Below the pieces are notes generated by a model. That model was not told the origin of the DNA. It saw nothing but the letters and a program-made list of their open reading frames with translations, and ran no database searches. Shown piece by piece: positions 9,393 to 19,084 of a DNA stretch of 50,350 nucleotides. The stretch is taken from positions 1 through 50,350 of the forward strand of contig JAZQKW010000057.1 in the NCBI GenBank assembly GCA_045542375.1, given 5' to 3'. The position numbers and the translations under genes are program-made. Source of the DNA: Butyrivibrio sp. (lineage in GTDB: Bacteria; Bacillota; Clostridia; Lachnospirales; Lachnospiraceae). Each line of letters starts with the position of its first letter. Within the stretch, counting starts at the first letter, position 1.

Positions 9393-10745
9393 ATGGCTAA
9401 GAGCAAATCTAACATGTTCTTTTGCAAGGAATGCGGAAATGAATCCATGAAGTGGATGGGGCAGTGTCCTTCATGTCTTCAGTGGAATACATTTGTGGAA
9501 GCACCTGTAGCTAAGCCGTCTAAGGGGTTAACCTCTAGAACTGTATCGGGAGACGTACCGGTAAGAATTTCAGAAATTGATATGTCAGATGAAGAACGAT
9601 ATGGTTCAGGATTTGGAGAACTTGACAGAGTACTTGGAGGCGGAATTGTAAAGGGTTCCATGATACTTGTAGGTGGAGACCCCGGAATAGGCAAGTCAAC
9701 AATACTTCTTCAGGTATGTAAGAAGGTAGCTGAGCATAGGAAGGTTCTGTATATATCCGGTGAAGAATCACTAAGACAGATAAGAATGAGAGCAGACCGC
9801 ATTGGCGATATGCCACAGGAGTTTTATCTTCTATGTGAGACCAATCTTACCAAGATTGAGGATTCGATCAGAGAGTTCAGACCGGATATGGTTATTATAG
9901 ATTCTATTCAGACAATGTATTGTGAATCTAATGAATCGGCACCGGGAAGCGTGGGTCAGGTAAGAGAATCCACTAATGTGCTTATGCAGATTGCAAAGGG
10001 GATGGGTATAACAATTTTTATTGTAGGTCATGTGACTAAGGAAGGTGTGGTAGCAGGACCGAGAATTTTGGAGCATATGGTTGACACGGTGCTGTATTTT
10101 GAAGGCGAGAGAAGTGAAGCCTACAGAATTATAAGAGCCGTTAAGAATCGTTTTGGAGCTACCAATGAAATAGGCGTTTTTGAAATGTGTGAAGAAGGAC
10201 TTAAGGAAGTGCTTAATCCGTCAGAGTATATGTTAAGCGGAAGACCTAAGGGAGAAGCTGGGTCGGTGGTAGCATGTCTGATGGAAGGAACAAGACCTAT
10301 TCTTGTTGAGATACAGGCACTAATAAGCCATACTAATTTCGGTATGCCGAGAAGAACCGCAGCAGGAACGGATTATAACAGAATGAACCTGTTGATGGCA
10401 GTACTAGAGAAGAAAGCAGGAATGCAGCTCTCGGGCTGTGATGCTTATCTTAATATAGCCGGTGGACTTAAGGTTAATGAACCGGCACTTGATCTTGGAA
10501 TTGTTATGGCAATAATTTCAAGTTTCAGGAATCGTCCGATTAATGATAACACCATATGTTTTGGTGAAGTTGGTCTGACAGGAGAAGTGAGAGCTGTGAG
10601 TCAGGCGAAGCAGAGAGTTGCTGAAGCCGTCAAACTTGGCTTCGAAGAATGTATACTTCCTAAAGCCTGCCTTAAGGCAATTGGTAAGGAAGACAGAATT
10701 AAAATAACCGCGATTAGTTCAGTATCTGAAATATGCGGGTTGTAA
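9393..10745 (+). CDS. radA: DNA repair protein RadA/Sms
   Basis: N-terminal C4 zinc finger, [10 protein letters not shown] Walker A, KNRFG motif, Lon-like C-terminus. Confidence 0.97.
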   Translation: MAKSKSNMFFCKECGNESMKWMGQCPSCLQWNTFVEAPVAKPSKGLTSRTVSGDVPVRISEIDMSDEERYGSGFGELDRVLGGGIVKGSMILVGGDPGIGKSTILLQVCKKVAEHRKVLYISGEESLRQIRMRADRIGDMPQEFYLLCETNLTKIEDSIREFRPDMVIIDSIQTMYCESNESAPGSVGQVRESTNVLMQIAKGMGITIFIVGHVTKEGVVAGPRILEHMVDTVLYFEGERSEAYRIIRAVKNRFGATNEIGVFEMCEEGLKEVLNPSEYMLSGRPKGEAGSVVACLMEGTRPILVEIQALISHTNFGMPRRTAAGTDYNRMNLLMAVLEKKAGMQLSGCDAYLNIAGGLKVNEPALDLGIVMAIISSFRNRPINDNTICFGEVGLTGEVRAVSQAKQRVAEAVKLGFEECILPKACLKAIGKEDRIKITAISSVSEICGL

Positions 10746-10759
10746 TGGAGGATTACATA

Positions 10760-11395
10760 ATGGTAACAGAAGAAATTTTAAGAAGTATTGATGATTTGGA
10801 TGCATCTCAGTTAAGAGTGGAGAAGCACGCATTTGATGTTATTAATGCATCGGACACATCACTTAACGTACTCAGAGAAGGTATTGGCAATATCGAAGAT
10901 ATTGTTAATAATATTAATGAGCTGAACGGTCTTATTGAGGCATCAGCTGCTAATATTAGAGAACTTGAAGAATTATCTAATCAGATTCAGCAGTTTGCGG
11001 GAGCTGTAGGAAAGATTGCAGGAAAGACTAATATTCTTTCTCTTAATGCATCAATTGAAGCAGCAAGAGCAGGAGAGGCAGGACGTGGATTTGCAGTCGT
11101 TGCCAAGGAAGTCGGAGGACTTGCAGCACAGTCAACTAAGTCATCTAAGGATATTTCAGATACTGTAGACAAGGTTAAGACATTTGTTGATGCAACAATT
11201 GCAACAATGCAGCAGTTATATCAGCATTCATTACAGCAGAGTGAGAAGGCTGCGCAGGTTCAGGAAATGCTTAATACAGTACTTTCAGCTGCATATGGAG
11301 CTAATGAAGTATCAAGAGGTATGGAACAGGAAATTGCATTCCAGAGAGATGTTATTGAAAATGTAAGAGTTGCAATGAATAATTCTTGGGAATAA
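10760..11395 (+). CDS. Soluble methyl-accepting chemotaxis signalling-domain protein
   Basis: [29 protein letters not shown] hairpin tip; no TM segments; GGAGG RBS favours ATG 10760 over ORF start 10733. Confidence 0.85.
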   Translation: MVTEEILRSIDDLDASQLRVEKHAFDVINASDTSLNVLREGIGNIEDIVNNINELNGLIEASAANIRELEELSNQIQQFAGAVGKIAGKTNILSLNASIEAARAGEAGRGFAVVAKEVGGLAAQSTKSSKDISDTVDKVKTFVDATIATMQQLYQHSLQQSEKAAQVQEMLNTVLSAAYGANEVSRGMEQEIAFQRDVIENVRVAMNNSWE

Positions 11396-11411
11396 TTTTT
11401 GAAAATTCTGC

Positions 11412-11440
11412 TTGCAATTCTTATAACTATATGATATAAC
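11412..11440 (+). promoter_or_regulatory. sigma-A promoter of tRNA-Trp
   Basis: TTGCAA-17-TATAAC with extended TG; followed by leader hairpin AAGTGGCG...CGCCACTT (11445-11473). Confidence 0.7.
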
Positions 11441-11478
11441 TAACAAGTGGCGTTCAGAAATGAGTCGCCACTTTATAT

Positions 11479-11551
11479 AGGGGTATAGTTCAGCTGGTAG
11501 AATATCGGTCTCCAAAACCGCAGGTCGTGGGTTCGAATCCTACTGCCCCTG
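11479..11551 (+). tRNA. tRNA-Trp(CCA), CCA end not encoded
   Basis: Acceptor AGGGGTA/TGCCCCT, D arm, anticodon loop CTCCAAA, GTTCGAATC T-loop, G73. Confidence 0.95.
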
Positions 11552-11564
11552 TTATATGAATAGG

Positions 11565-11598
11565 AACACATCGGGATGTTTATTTCCGATGTGTTTTT
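11565..11598 (+). terminator. Intrinsic terminator after tRNA-Trp
   Basis: AACACATCGG...CCGATGTGTT followed by TTT. Confidence 0.75.
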
Positions 11599-11633
11599 CG
11601 CTTTATAGGAATTTATGTGGAGGTTGAAATGTT

Positions 11634-12263
11634 ATGAAGATTGTTGTATGTATTTTAATCGGATATTTAATAGGTACACTGAATCCGGCTTATTTCATCT
11701 CTAAGATGAAGGGCTTTGATATAAGAAAGAAGGGTTCGGGCAATGCAGGCGCATCTAACGCACTTATTGTACTGGGGAAAGCGGCTGGAGTAATGTGTGC
11801 GGTATTTGATATGGCTAAGACCTGTGTTGCTATAGGATTGGCAGAATATCTGTTTCCGGGCTTTGAGTATGCATTTACGTTGTCAGGAGTTGCGTGCATA
11901 CTGGGACATATATTTCCATTCTATATGAAATTTAAGGGAGGAAAAGGGCTTGCGTGTATCGGTGGAATGATACTGAAGTTTGACAGGAAAATATTTTTCA
12001 TTATGTTGGCAATAGAAGTGATTCTTGTTCTTATTGTGGATTATATTTTTGTGGTGCCTTTAAGTGCATCAATTATTTTTCCGGTGGTATACGCAATTGT
12101 AACGAAAGTAATACTTGGATCAGCAATATTACTTATAGCTACAGGAGCTATTTTCTACAGACACAGAGAAAATATCTTAAGGTTGCAGGCCGGAACTGAA
12201 GCCAGGTTTAGCCTGTTGTGGAACAAAGACGAAGAAATTAAAAGAATTTCGAAGGGAGAATAA
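11634..12263 (+). CDS. plsY: Glycerol-3-phosphate acyltransferase PlsY
   Basis: GYLIG, DIRKKGSGNAGASN, GHIFPFYMKFKGGKG and RHRENI motifs; multi-TM. Confidence 0.9.
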   Translation: MKIVVCILIGYLIGTLNPAYFISKMKGFDIRKKGSGNAGASNALIVLGKAAGVMCAVFDMAKTCVAIGLAEYLFPGFEYAFTLSGVACILGHIFPFYMKFKGGKGLACIGGMILKFDRKIFFIMLAIEVILVLIVDYIFVVPLSASIIFPVVYAIVTKVILGSAILLIATGAIFYRHRENILRLQAGTEARFSLLWNKDEEIKRISKGE

Positions 12264-12337
12264 GATTTAATGTACATTTAATAATTTATGTGTTAATATG
12301 CATAGAACAAAAATAGGGATAGAAGGAGAACAGGAAG

Positions 12338-13357
12338 ATGATATCAGTTAAAAATATCTCCAAGGAGTTCGTGTCGGCTAAGAAGTATCCCGGACTCAAA
12401 GGAGCTATTAAAGGCCTTTTCTCTCGTGAAAAGGTTAGTAAAACAGCAGTAGATGATATTTCTTTTGACATCAGAGAGGGTGAAATTGTAGGATATATCG
12501 GCAGTAACGGTGCCGGCAAATCAACTACAATTAAGATGATGACAGGTATTCTCAAGCCTACTAAAGGGCAATGCATTGTTAATGGCATTGACCCTAGTAA
12601 AAACCGTACTGAGAATGCAATGAACATTGGTGTTGTGTTCGGTCAGAGAACGCAGCTGTGGTGGGATTTACCATTATCTGAATCCTTTACAATTTTAAAG
12701 GAAATATATAACGTGTCGGACGAAGATTATGAGAAGAGAATGGAATTTCTTAATAATGTTTTGGGATTGGAGGAATTTTTTACCCAGTCTGTAAGAACAT
12801 TGTCTTTAGGTCAGCGAATGAGAGCGGACCTTGGGGCGTCATTATTACATAATCCTAAAGTTCTCTATCTTGATGAGCCGACAATTGGCTTGGATCTTGT
12901 TGTTAAAGATAAGATTCGTGCAGCGATTAAAGAGATTAATGAAAAATATAAGACAACAGTAATACTCACAACCCATGATATTGGGGATATTGAGGAACTT
13001 TGCAGTCGTATTATCGTAATTGATGAAGGTCACAAGATATACGATGGCGGACTTAAGGAACTTAAGGAAAAATACGGTAAAAAGCGTAAGGTTCTGATGG
13101 AGGTAGGTAATCTTACAATATGTAAATCAACGGACTGGTCGGAGAAGCTTCCTAAAGTTGATGTTGATTACGATAACGAGCAGAATATTATCATATTTAC
13201 TTTTAACAGGGATGAAGTTCAGATTTCAGATGTTATTTCTTCAGCAATGTCTGTTGCAGAGGTTAAGGATGTAGAGATTAAGGATACAGAACTGTCAGAA
13301 ATCGTAAAAGAAATTTACACACATAATCTTGACACATCGGAAGAAAAAGGGGCGTGA
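12338..13357 (+). CDS. ABC-2 type exporter ATP-binding protein
   Basis: GSNGAGKST, LSLGQ, YLDEPTIGLD; FGQRTQLWWDLP subfamily motif. Confidence 0.93.
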   Translation: MISVKNISKEFVSAKKYPGLKGAIKGLFSREKVSKTAVDDISFDIREGEIVGYIGSNGAGKSTTIKMMTGILKPTKGQCIVNGIDPSKNRTENAMNIGVVFGQRTQLWWDLPLSESFTILKEIYNVSDEDYEKRMEFLNNVLGLEEFFTQSVRTLSLGQRMRADLGASLLHNPKVLYLDEPTIGLDLVVKDKIRAAIKEINEKYKTTVILTTHDIGDIEELCSRIIVIDEGHKIYDGGLKELKEKYGKKRKVLMEVGNLTICKSTDWSEKLPKVDVDYDNEQNIIIFTFNRDEVQISDVISSAMSVAEVKDVEIKDTELSEIVKEIYTHNLDTSEEKGA

Positions 13358-14181
13358 TAGGAGTGAAGAAATTTTTTAGAACATATCTTCCTTTTGCGGC
13401 CAATGAAATCAAATCCAATCTTGCATACAAGGGCGCATTTTATCTGTTCATGTTGTGCAGCCTCTTTAGCTCTTTTATAAATTATTATTTGTGGAAGGCG
13501 ATATACGGAAGCTCAGGGGCATCTACACTTGGAGGCTTAAGCTCCGGAGAAATGGTTATATATGTATTCATGACCTATGTTACGTCTAATATGGTAATGA
13601 TTAGAATTTCCAATGAAATAAGCGAGGATGTAGTTAAAGGAAATGTGGCAATGCAGTTAATCAAGCCTATTGATTACAGATTGAGCCAGATGTTTATGGG
13701 ATTTGGATATTCAGTGTACAGATTTATTATGCCGGGAATTTTTGTATGGATTGGCGTAGAGATATACAGGGCGGTGGCACTTAATATTGCGTTTACGGGT
13801 GTGGTTAATCTTTTGATGTATCTGTGCAGTGCAATAATGAGCCTTATAATATATATGTTGTTTGAGTTTTGTTTTGCTATGATTGCATTTTTTACAACAT
13901 ATATATTTGGTCTGAAAATGGTAAAAGCAGCAATGATATCTTTCCTTACAGGACAACTCATACCATTGTCATTCTTTCCTGAGATAGTGCAGAAGATATT
14001 TGAGTTTATGCCATTTTCGTCAATGCTTTATACGCCGGTTATGATATATCTTGGCAAATTCACAGGGAATGATTTGCTATTTGCATTATTAAAACAGATG
14101 TTATGGGTAGTTATTCTGTATCTCTTGGGCAGTTACATATGGAAGAGAGTAACTAAGAGACTTGTTGTTCTTGGAGGTTGA
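13354..14181 (+). CDS. ABC-2 family permease (DUF990-like)
   Basis: About 6 TM helices; GNVAMQLIKP and LIPLSFFP motifs; GTGA overlap with ATPase gene. Confidence 0.88.
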   Translation: MIGVKKFFRTYLPFAANEIKSNLAYKGAFYLFMLCSLFSSFINYYLWKAIYGSSGASTLGGLSSGEMVIYVFMTYVTSNMVMIRISNEISEDVVKGNVAMQLIKPIDYRLSQMFMGFGYSVYRFIMPGIFVWIGVEIYRAVALNIAFTGVVNLLMYLCSAIMSLIIYMLFEFCFAMIAFFTTYIFGLKMVKAAMISFLTGQLIPLSFFPEIVQKIFEFMPFSSMLYTPVMIYLGKFTGNDLLFALLKQMLWVVILYLLGSYIWKRVTKRLVVLGG

Positions 14182-14185
14182 TATT

Positions 14186-14986
14186 ATGAGTAAAATAAAA
14201 AGATATTGTCGCCTCTACAAAGTATTTATAGCACAGTTTTTTAAATCAATCATTCAGTCAAAAGTAGACTTTTTGATGGGGTTGTTCGGATTCTTTTTAA
14301 CGCAGGCACTTGGGATTGCCTTTTTATATCTTATATTCGAACAGATTCCGTCACTTAACGGATGGACGCTTGACCAGCTTATTTTTATATATGGTTTTGC
14401 CCAGATACCAAGAGGACTTGACCATCTTTTGACGGATAATATATGGATGATTGCGTGGAGAATGGTTATAACCGGAGATTTTGACAGATATATGTTAAGA
14501 CCGATGAATGTATTTTTTCAGGTTATCTGTGAAAAACTTCAGCCAGATGCAATTGGCGAGCTTTTGGTAGGAACCATACTTGTTGTAATGTCACTTGCTA
14601 AAGGAATTGTTATTGTGGATGCACTGCATGTGGTTCTGTTTATAGTTTCAATAATTGCAGGTGCAATAATATATTCCTCAATCAAGTTGTTTTTTGCCAG
14701 TATTTCATTCTGGGTTAAAATGAGCGGACCGTTTTTACAGGTAGCATATGAAATGGCTGATTTTGCAAAATATCCTACTGAGATATATTCAAAACCTGTA
14801 AGGTTCATACTTACAATGGTTATACCATTTGCATTTGTTGCATATATTCCTGCAAGTTATTTTCTGCTGGACAAGAGTCCGTGGATGACAGTGGGAATTG
14901 AATGTGCCATTGCAGCGGTGTTCTGGATTGTGGCATATTCGTTTTTCAAATACGGAGTGTCTAAATACGAGAGCGCGGGCAATTAA
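14186..14986 (+). CDS. ABC-2 family permease (DUF990-like)
   Basis: About 6 TM helices; GDFDRYMLRP, KYPTEIY and C-terminal YESAGN; GGAGG RBS favours ATG 14186. Confidence 0.88.
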   Translation: MSKIKRYCRLYKVFIAQFFKSIIQSKVDFLMGLFGFFLTQALGIAFLYLIFEQIPSLNGWTLDQLIFIYGFAQIPRGLDHLLTDNIWMIAWRMVITGDFDRYMLRPMNVFFQVICEKLQPDAIGELLVGTILVVMSLAKGIVIVDALHVVLFIVSIIAGAIIYSSIKLFFASISFWVKMSGPFLQVAYEMADFAKYPTEIYSKPVRFILTMVIPFAFVAYIPASYFLLDKSPWMTVGIECAIAAVFWIVAYSFFKYGVSKYESAGN

Positions 14987-14991
14987 ATAAT

Positions 14992-15021
14992 GAATAATTA
15001 AACGGTCTTCCGGACATTATA
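14992..15021 (+). promoter_or_regulatory. Candidate forespore sigma-G promoter
   Basis: GAATA-N18-CATTATA fits the B. subtilis sigG consensus GHATR-18-CATXHTA, directly upstream of a spore germination gene. Confidence 0.5.
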
Positions 15022-15050
15022 TTTGTAAAAATAGTGTCCGGGAGATTTTT
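15005..15050 (+). terminator. Hairpin, probable terminator of ABC operon
   Basis: TCTTCCGGACATTAT...ATAGTGTCCGGGAGA (with G-U pairs) followed by TTTTTT. Confidence 0.55.
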
Positions 15051-15051
15051 T

Positions 15052-16485
15052 ATGGTTAAGTTAAGCGAAAGTTCATCGGAAAATGCAGCGGCTCTTGCAC
15101 GAATTATTGGGCCGGAAAGGAATTTTGATATAGTAAACAAAAAAATAAATGTTGGTGGCAGGGCTGCGGAATTTTTTATGATAGATGGTTTTACCAAAGA
15201 TGAAATAATGGAAAAATTACTGGAATCCTTTTTAGCTATTCAGCCTTCCGATATGCCGAAATCAGCGGAGGGATTTTCTTCACTTATTCCATATATCGAA
15301 GTCACCCCGAGAGATACCGTCGAAAAATCTGTGGATGACCTTATGTGTGGAATTGTAATTATGTATGTGGACGGGTATGCTACGGGTTTTTCCATTGATT
15401 GCAGAACCTATCCTGCAAGAAGCGTATCAGAACCATGGAAAAACAGAGTTCTAAGAGGGTCTAGAGATGGTTTTGTTGAAACTATTGTAGCCAATGTTGC
15501 ACTTATGAGAAGAAGGATAAGAACACCTGATTTTTGCGTTGAGGCGCTGACTGCGGGAACTATGTCCAAAACGGATATAGGAATTGCATATATCAGGGGT
15601 CTGGCAGATGAAAAATTAGTTGAAAAGATAAAAAAGAAAATCGAGAATATTAAGGTTGATGCACTTACAATGAATATTGAGAGTCTTGCGGAGACTATTT
15701 TGTCCGGCCCGATTATCAGTCCTTTTCCGAAATTTAAGTATACAGAAAGACCGGATACTGCGGCAGCAGCAGTATTTGATGGCAGCATAGTTCTTTTGGT
15801 TGATAATTCCCCCGCAGTGTTAGTGGTGCCTACAAGTATTTTTGACGTGTCTGAGGAAGCAGATGACTATTATTTTCCTCCGGTTACCGGAACTTACATC
15901 AAGCTTACCAGATATATGATTACAATTTTGTCCTTAATATTTACACCGGTATGGGTACTGCTTCTTAATAATCCTGAATGGGTACCGGGGTGGCTTGAAT
16001 TTGTGCTGATAGAAGAAAGTCAGTCCACAGTGCCTATATTATTGCAGCTTCTTATACTGGAATTTGCCATTGACGGTCTTAGACTGGCGGCAGTTAATAC
16101 ACCTACACTGTTATCCACTCCTCTAAGTGTGGTGGCAGGTATAGTTGTGGGAGAATATGCGGTAAGCTCGGGATGGTTTGATTCTGACTGTATGCTGTAC
16201 ATGGCTTTTGTTTCAATAGGGACATACACTCAGGCAAGCTATGAAATGGGGTATGCAATAAAGTTTTTCAGAATGATACTATTGGTGTTAACCTGGTACT
16301 TCAATCTGTGGGGATTTGTAGGTGGTCTAGTACTGTTTGTTCTATCTATATGTTTTAATACAACGCTGTCAGGAAAGAGCTATATATACCCTTTAATACC
16401 TTTTAATTGGAATATGTTGAAAAGAAGGGTGTTTAGAGTACGTCTTGGCAAGGAAAAAACACAAAATAATCATAAGAAAGTATAA
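15052..16485 (+). CDS. Spore germination protein, GerA family (SpoVAF-like)
   Basis: RTYPARSVSEP, RGSRDGFVE, TERPD, VDNSP motifs; C-terminal TM region; GGGAG RBS before ATG 15052. Confidence 0.88.
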   Translation: MVKLSESSSENAAALARIIGPERNFDIVNKKINVGGRAAEFFMIDGFTKDEIMEKLLESFLAIQPSDMPKSAEGFSSLIPYIEVTPRDTVEKSVDDLMCGIVIMYVDGYATGFSIDCRTYPARSVSEPWKNRVLRGSRDGFVETIVANVALMRRRIRTPDFCVEALTAGTMSKTDIGIAYIRGLADEKLVEKIKKKIENIKVDALTMNIESLAETILSGPIISPFPKFKYTERPDTAAAAVFDGSIVLLVDNSPAVLVVPTSIFDVSEEADDYYFPPVTGTYIKLTRYMITILSLIFTPVWVLLLNNPEWVPGWLEFVLIEESQSTVPILLQLLILEFAIDGLRLAAVNTPTLLSTPLSVVAGIVVGEYAVSSGWFDSDCMLYMAFVSIGTYTQASYEMGYAIKFFRMILLVLTWYFNLWGFVGGLVLFVLSICFNTTLSGKSYIYPLIPFNWNMLKRRVFRVRLGKEKTQNNHKKV

Positions 16486-16559
16486 AGACTTCTATTGCCA
16501 AAACCAAATTTTTATAGTACTATTACATTAGACTAAATATGTACTGAAGGAGAAGGTAT

Positions 16560-18890
16560 ATGATGGATAATGATAACGAGTTAATGTTAGACTCTGAATA
16601 TACGGATGAGACTCTGAACAGCACAGAGGACGTGATGTCGGAAGAGGAGACCGTATTACCGGAGGAAGAGGCAGATAAGAAGGGTAAGAAATCTAAGAAG
16701 GAGAAGAAGGCTAAGGAACCTAAGGAGAAGAAGGTTAAGGAGCCTAAGGAGAAGAAGGTTAAGGAACCTAAGCCTAAGAAAGAGAAGAAACCTAAGAAGT
16801 CTAAGAAATCCAAGAACGATGAGAATATCGAACTTATGGATTTGTCAGAAGATATACAGGACATCGGACTAATGGCAGAAGATATGGGTATTGTGACTGA
16901 GGACGTGATGGAAGATGCAATACCTGATACATATGGCGATGAATATGTAAGTGCCCCGGCTTTTGATGAGAATTACATGGGCGAGACATATATGGAAACC
17001 GGAGCAGGCAGTGATTATATATCAGAAGAATATGCTGCAACTGAAGAATGGTCTGAGGGTGTGGACGAAGTATCTGAGGACGTGACAGAAGAGAATGGTG
17101 AGACAGAGGTTCTTACCGGCAAAGCAGCTAAGAAGGCTAAGAAGGCGGCCAAGAAAGCAACCAAGAAAGCTAGGAAGAAGCATAAAGGAGCTTCATTTAA
17201 ACTTAGAGTTATCTTGTCAGCTATTATCCCACTTATTTTTATGTATGTACTTTCACTTATTGTTTCTAACTACTTCATTAAGAAGACTATTAGTGAAGAC
17301 AGACATACTACACTTGATACCGCTGCTTCAGCTATCAAGAGTACATATGTGTATTCATATGAAGGTGAATACAGAGTCGATGACTTTGGTGTATTCTGGA
17401 AGGGTGAGACAAGACTTACAGGTAAATTCCTCGTTCTTGATACTATGAGAGATGAGACAGGAATTGAATCAGCCGTTTACTACGGAGATGAGATTAAGAT
17501 AACATCCATTATGGACGTTAACGGAAGAAGAGCGACCGGTAATAAGGCAGAGACATATATAAGTGAACAGGTACTTGCAGGTGAACCATATTATGGTGAA
17601 GAGAGACATAACCGTAAGGATTTCTATGTAAGCTATCTTCCATTATATGCTGATGAAGAAGAGACAGAGATTGTCGGTATGATTTATGTTGGTGTTGAGA
17701 CTACACATGATAAGGCAAGAACTCTTGAGAAGACAAGAAATTCAGCTATCCTTCTTTCAGTAATTTTCGTTGTAGGATTTGTACTTGTAAATATTATCGT
17801 AAGCAAGATGTCTAAGACTATGAAGCGTATTGATAAGGGTCTTGGAATCATGGCTACCGGTGATCTTACTGTTGAATTCGATGAAAGGGATCTTAAGAGA
17901 ACCGATGAAATCGGAAGCATTGCTAAGGCAACACAGCACTTACGTGACAGCTTCTTAAAGGTAGTTGGAGATATTAAGAGCTCTGTTGCAGTTGTTAAGA
18001 AAGCATCAGAGAATGTTGACCAGATGTCAAATCAGTCAAGCAGAACTGTAGAAGATATCAGCCATGCTGTTGAAGAAATTGCAATTGGTGCATCATCACA
18101 GGCTGATGAGACACAGACAGCGGCAGAACAGATTGAAAGCATCGGACATCTCATTCAGGATGTTGTTGGTGAAGTTGGAGTTCTTTCATCTACATCTGCA
18201 GAAATGGGTAATGCTGAGAACAATGCTCAGAACATTATGGCAGACCTTGTACTTACAACATCTAAGACAACTGAAGCGGTTGATCAGATTGAGAACCAGA
18301 CAGCAGCTACTAATGAGTCTGCTAAGGAAATCGCACAGGCAGTTGAGATTATTACATCTATTGCTGAGCAGACTAACCTTCTTTCACTTAATGCTTCAAT
18401 TGAGGCGGCAAGAGCAGGAGAGGTAGGACGTGGATTTGCAGTTGTTGCATCTGAGATTCAGAAGCTTGCTGACCAGTCTAATCAGTCGGCTGTTAAGATT
18501 CAGACTATTATCGATGAGCTTATGGTTGAATCAGATAAGACAGTTAACATCATGAAGGGTGTTAGAAGTGCTGTTGCTGAACAGGAAGCTAAGATTCATG
18601 AGACTAAGAATATCTTTGGAACTGTTAGAGAGGGTGTTCAGAAGTCTGTTGTTGAGATTACAGGAATCAGCAGCAGAAGTGCTGAACTTGATGACAGAAG
18701 AGGTAAGGTTGTTGATATCATCGATAATCTTTCAGCAGTATCTGAAGAGAATGCAGCAAGTACACAGGAGACAATGGCTTCAATCGAAGAATTGACAGCT
18801 ATGATGAATGAACTTGCTACATCTGCCAATAAGCTTAACGAGCTTGCAGATCTTCTTGAAGAAAGCGTAAGCGTATTCAAGGTAGAGTAG
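16560..18890 (+). CDS. Methyl-accepting chemotaxis protein (Cache, HAMP, MCP signal) with long charged N-terminal extension
   Basis: Two TM helices flanking a Cache-like domain, HAMP (DEIGSIA), [30 protein letters not shown]; promoter TTGCCA-17-TACTAT at 16495-16523. Confidence 0.92.
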   Translation: MMDNDNELMLDSEYTDETLNSTEDVMSEEETVLPEEEADKKGKKSKKEKKAKEPKEKKVKEPKEKKVKEPKPKKEKKPKKSKKSKNDENIELMDLSEDIQDIGLMAEDMGIVTEDVMEDAIPDTYGDEYVSAPAFDENYMGETYMETGAGSDYISEEYAATEEWSEGVDEVSEDVTEENGETEVLTGKAAKKAKKAAKKATKKARKKHKGASFKLRVILSAIIPLIFMYVLSLIVSNYFIKKTISEDRHTTLDTAASAIKSTYVYSYEGEYRVDDFGVFWKGETRLTGKFLVLDTMRDETGIESAVYYGDEIKITSIMDVNGRRATGNKAETYISEQVLAGEPYYGEERHNRKDFYVSYLPLYADEEETEIVGMIYVGVETTHDKARTLEKTRNSAILLSVIFVVGFVLVNIIVSKMSKTMKRIDKGLGIMATGDLTVEFDERDLKRTDEIGSIAKATQHLRDSFLKVVGDIKSSVAVVKKASENVDQMSNQSSRTVEDISHAVEEIAIGASSQADETQTAAEQIESIGHLIQDVVGEVGVLSSTSAEMGNAENNAQNIMADLVLTTSKTTEAVDQIENQTAATNESAKEIAQAVEIITSIAEQTNLLSLNASIEAARAGEVGRGFAVVASEIQKLADQSNQSAVKIQTIIDELMVESDKTVNIMKGVRSAVAEQEAKIHETKNIFGTVREGVQKSVVEITGISSRSAELDDRRGKVVDIIDNLSAVSEENAASTQETMASIEELTAMMNELATSANKLNELADLLEESVSVFKVE
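16698..16769 (+). repeat. 3 x 24-bp coding tandem repeat (KEKKVKEP)
   Basis: AAGGAGAAGAAGG(C/T)TAAGGA(A/G)CCT repeated three times. Confidence 0.9.
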
Positions 18891-18905
18891 TTTTTACAAA
18901 ATAAT

Positions 18906-18941
18906 ATGCATGGAATCATAAGTCATGGTTCCATGCATTTT
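18906..18941 (+). terminator. Intrinsic terminator after MCP
   Basis: ATGCATGGAATCAT-AAGTC-ATGGTTCCATGCAT followed by TTT. Confidence 0.75.
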
Positions 18942-18994
18942 ATATTCTATAGGAAATACCCTGTTGCATTAATGTGTGAAAGAAAAGGTGATTT

Positions 18995-19084
18995 ATGAGT
19001 GATAAGACCAAATTAATAATTTCATTGCTTGTCCGTACCATTATTATACTTGTAATAATCGTATTTATTGGTACAAGATTATAA
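18995..19084 (+). CDS. Candidate 29-aa single-TM small protein MSDKTKLIISLLVRTIIILVIIVFIGTRL
   Basis: AAAAGGTGA RBS just upstream of ATG; strongly hydrophobic helix; overlaps the pepF end by 6 nt (convergent); below ORF-track cutoff. Confidence 0.5.
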   Translation: MSDKTKLIISLLVRTIIILVIIVFIGTRL

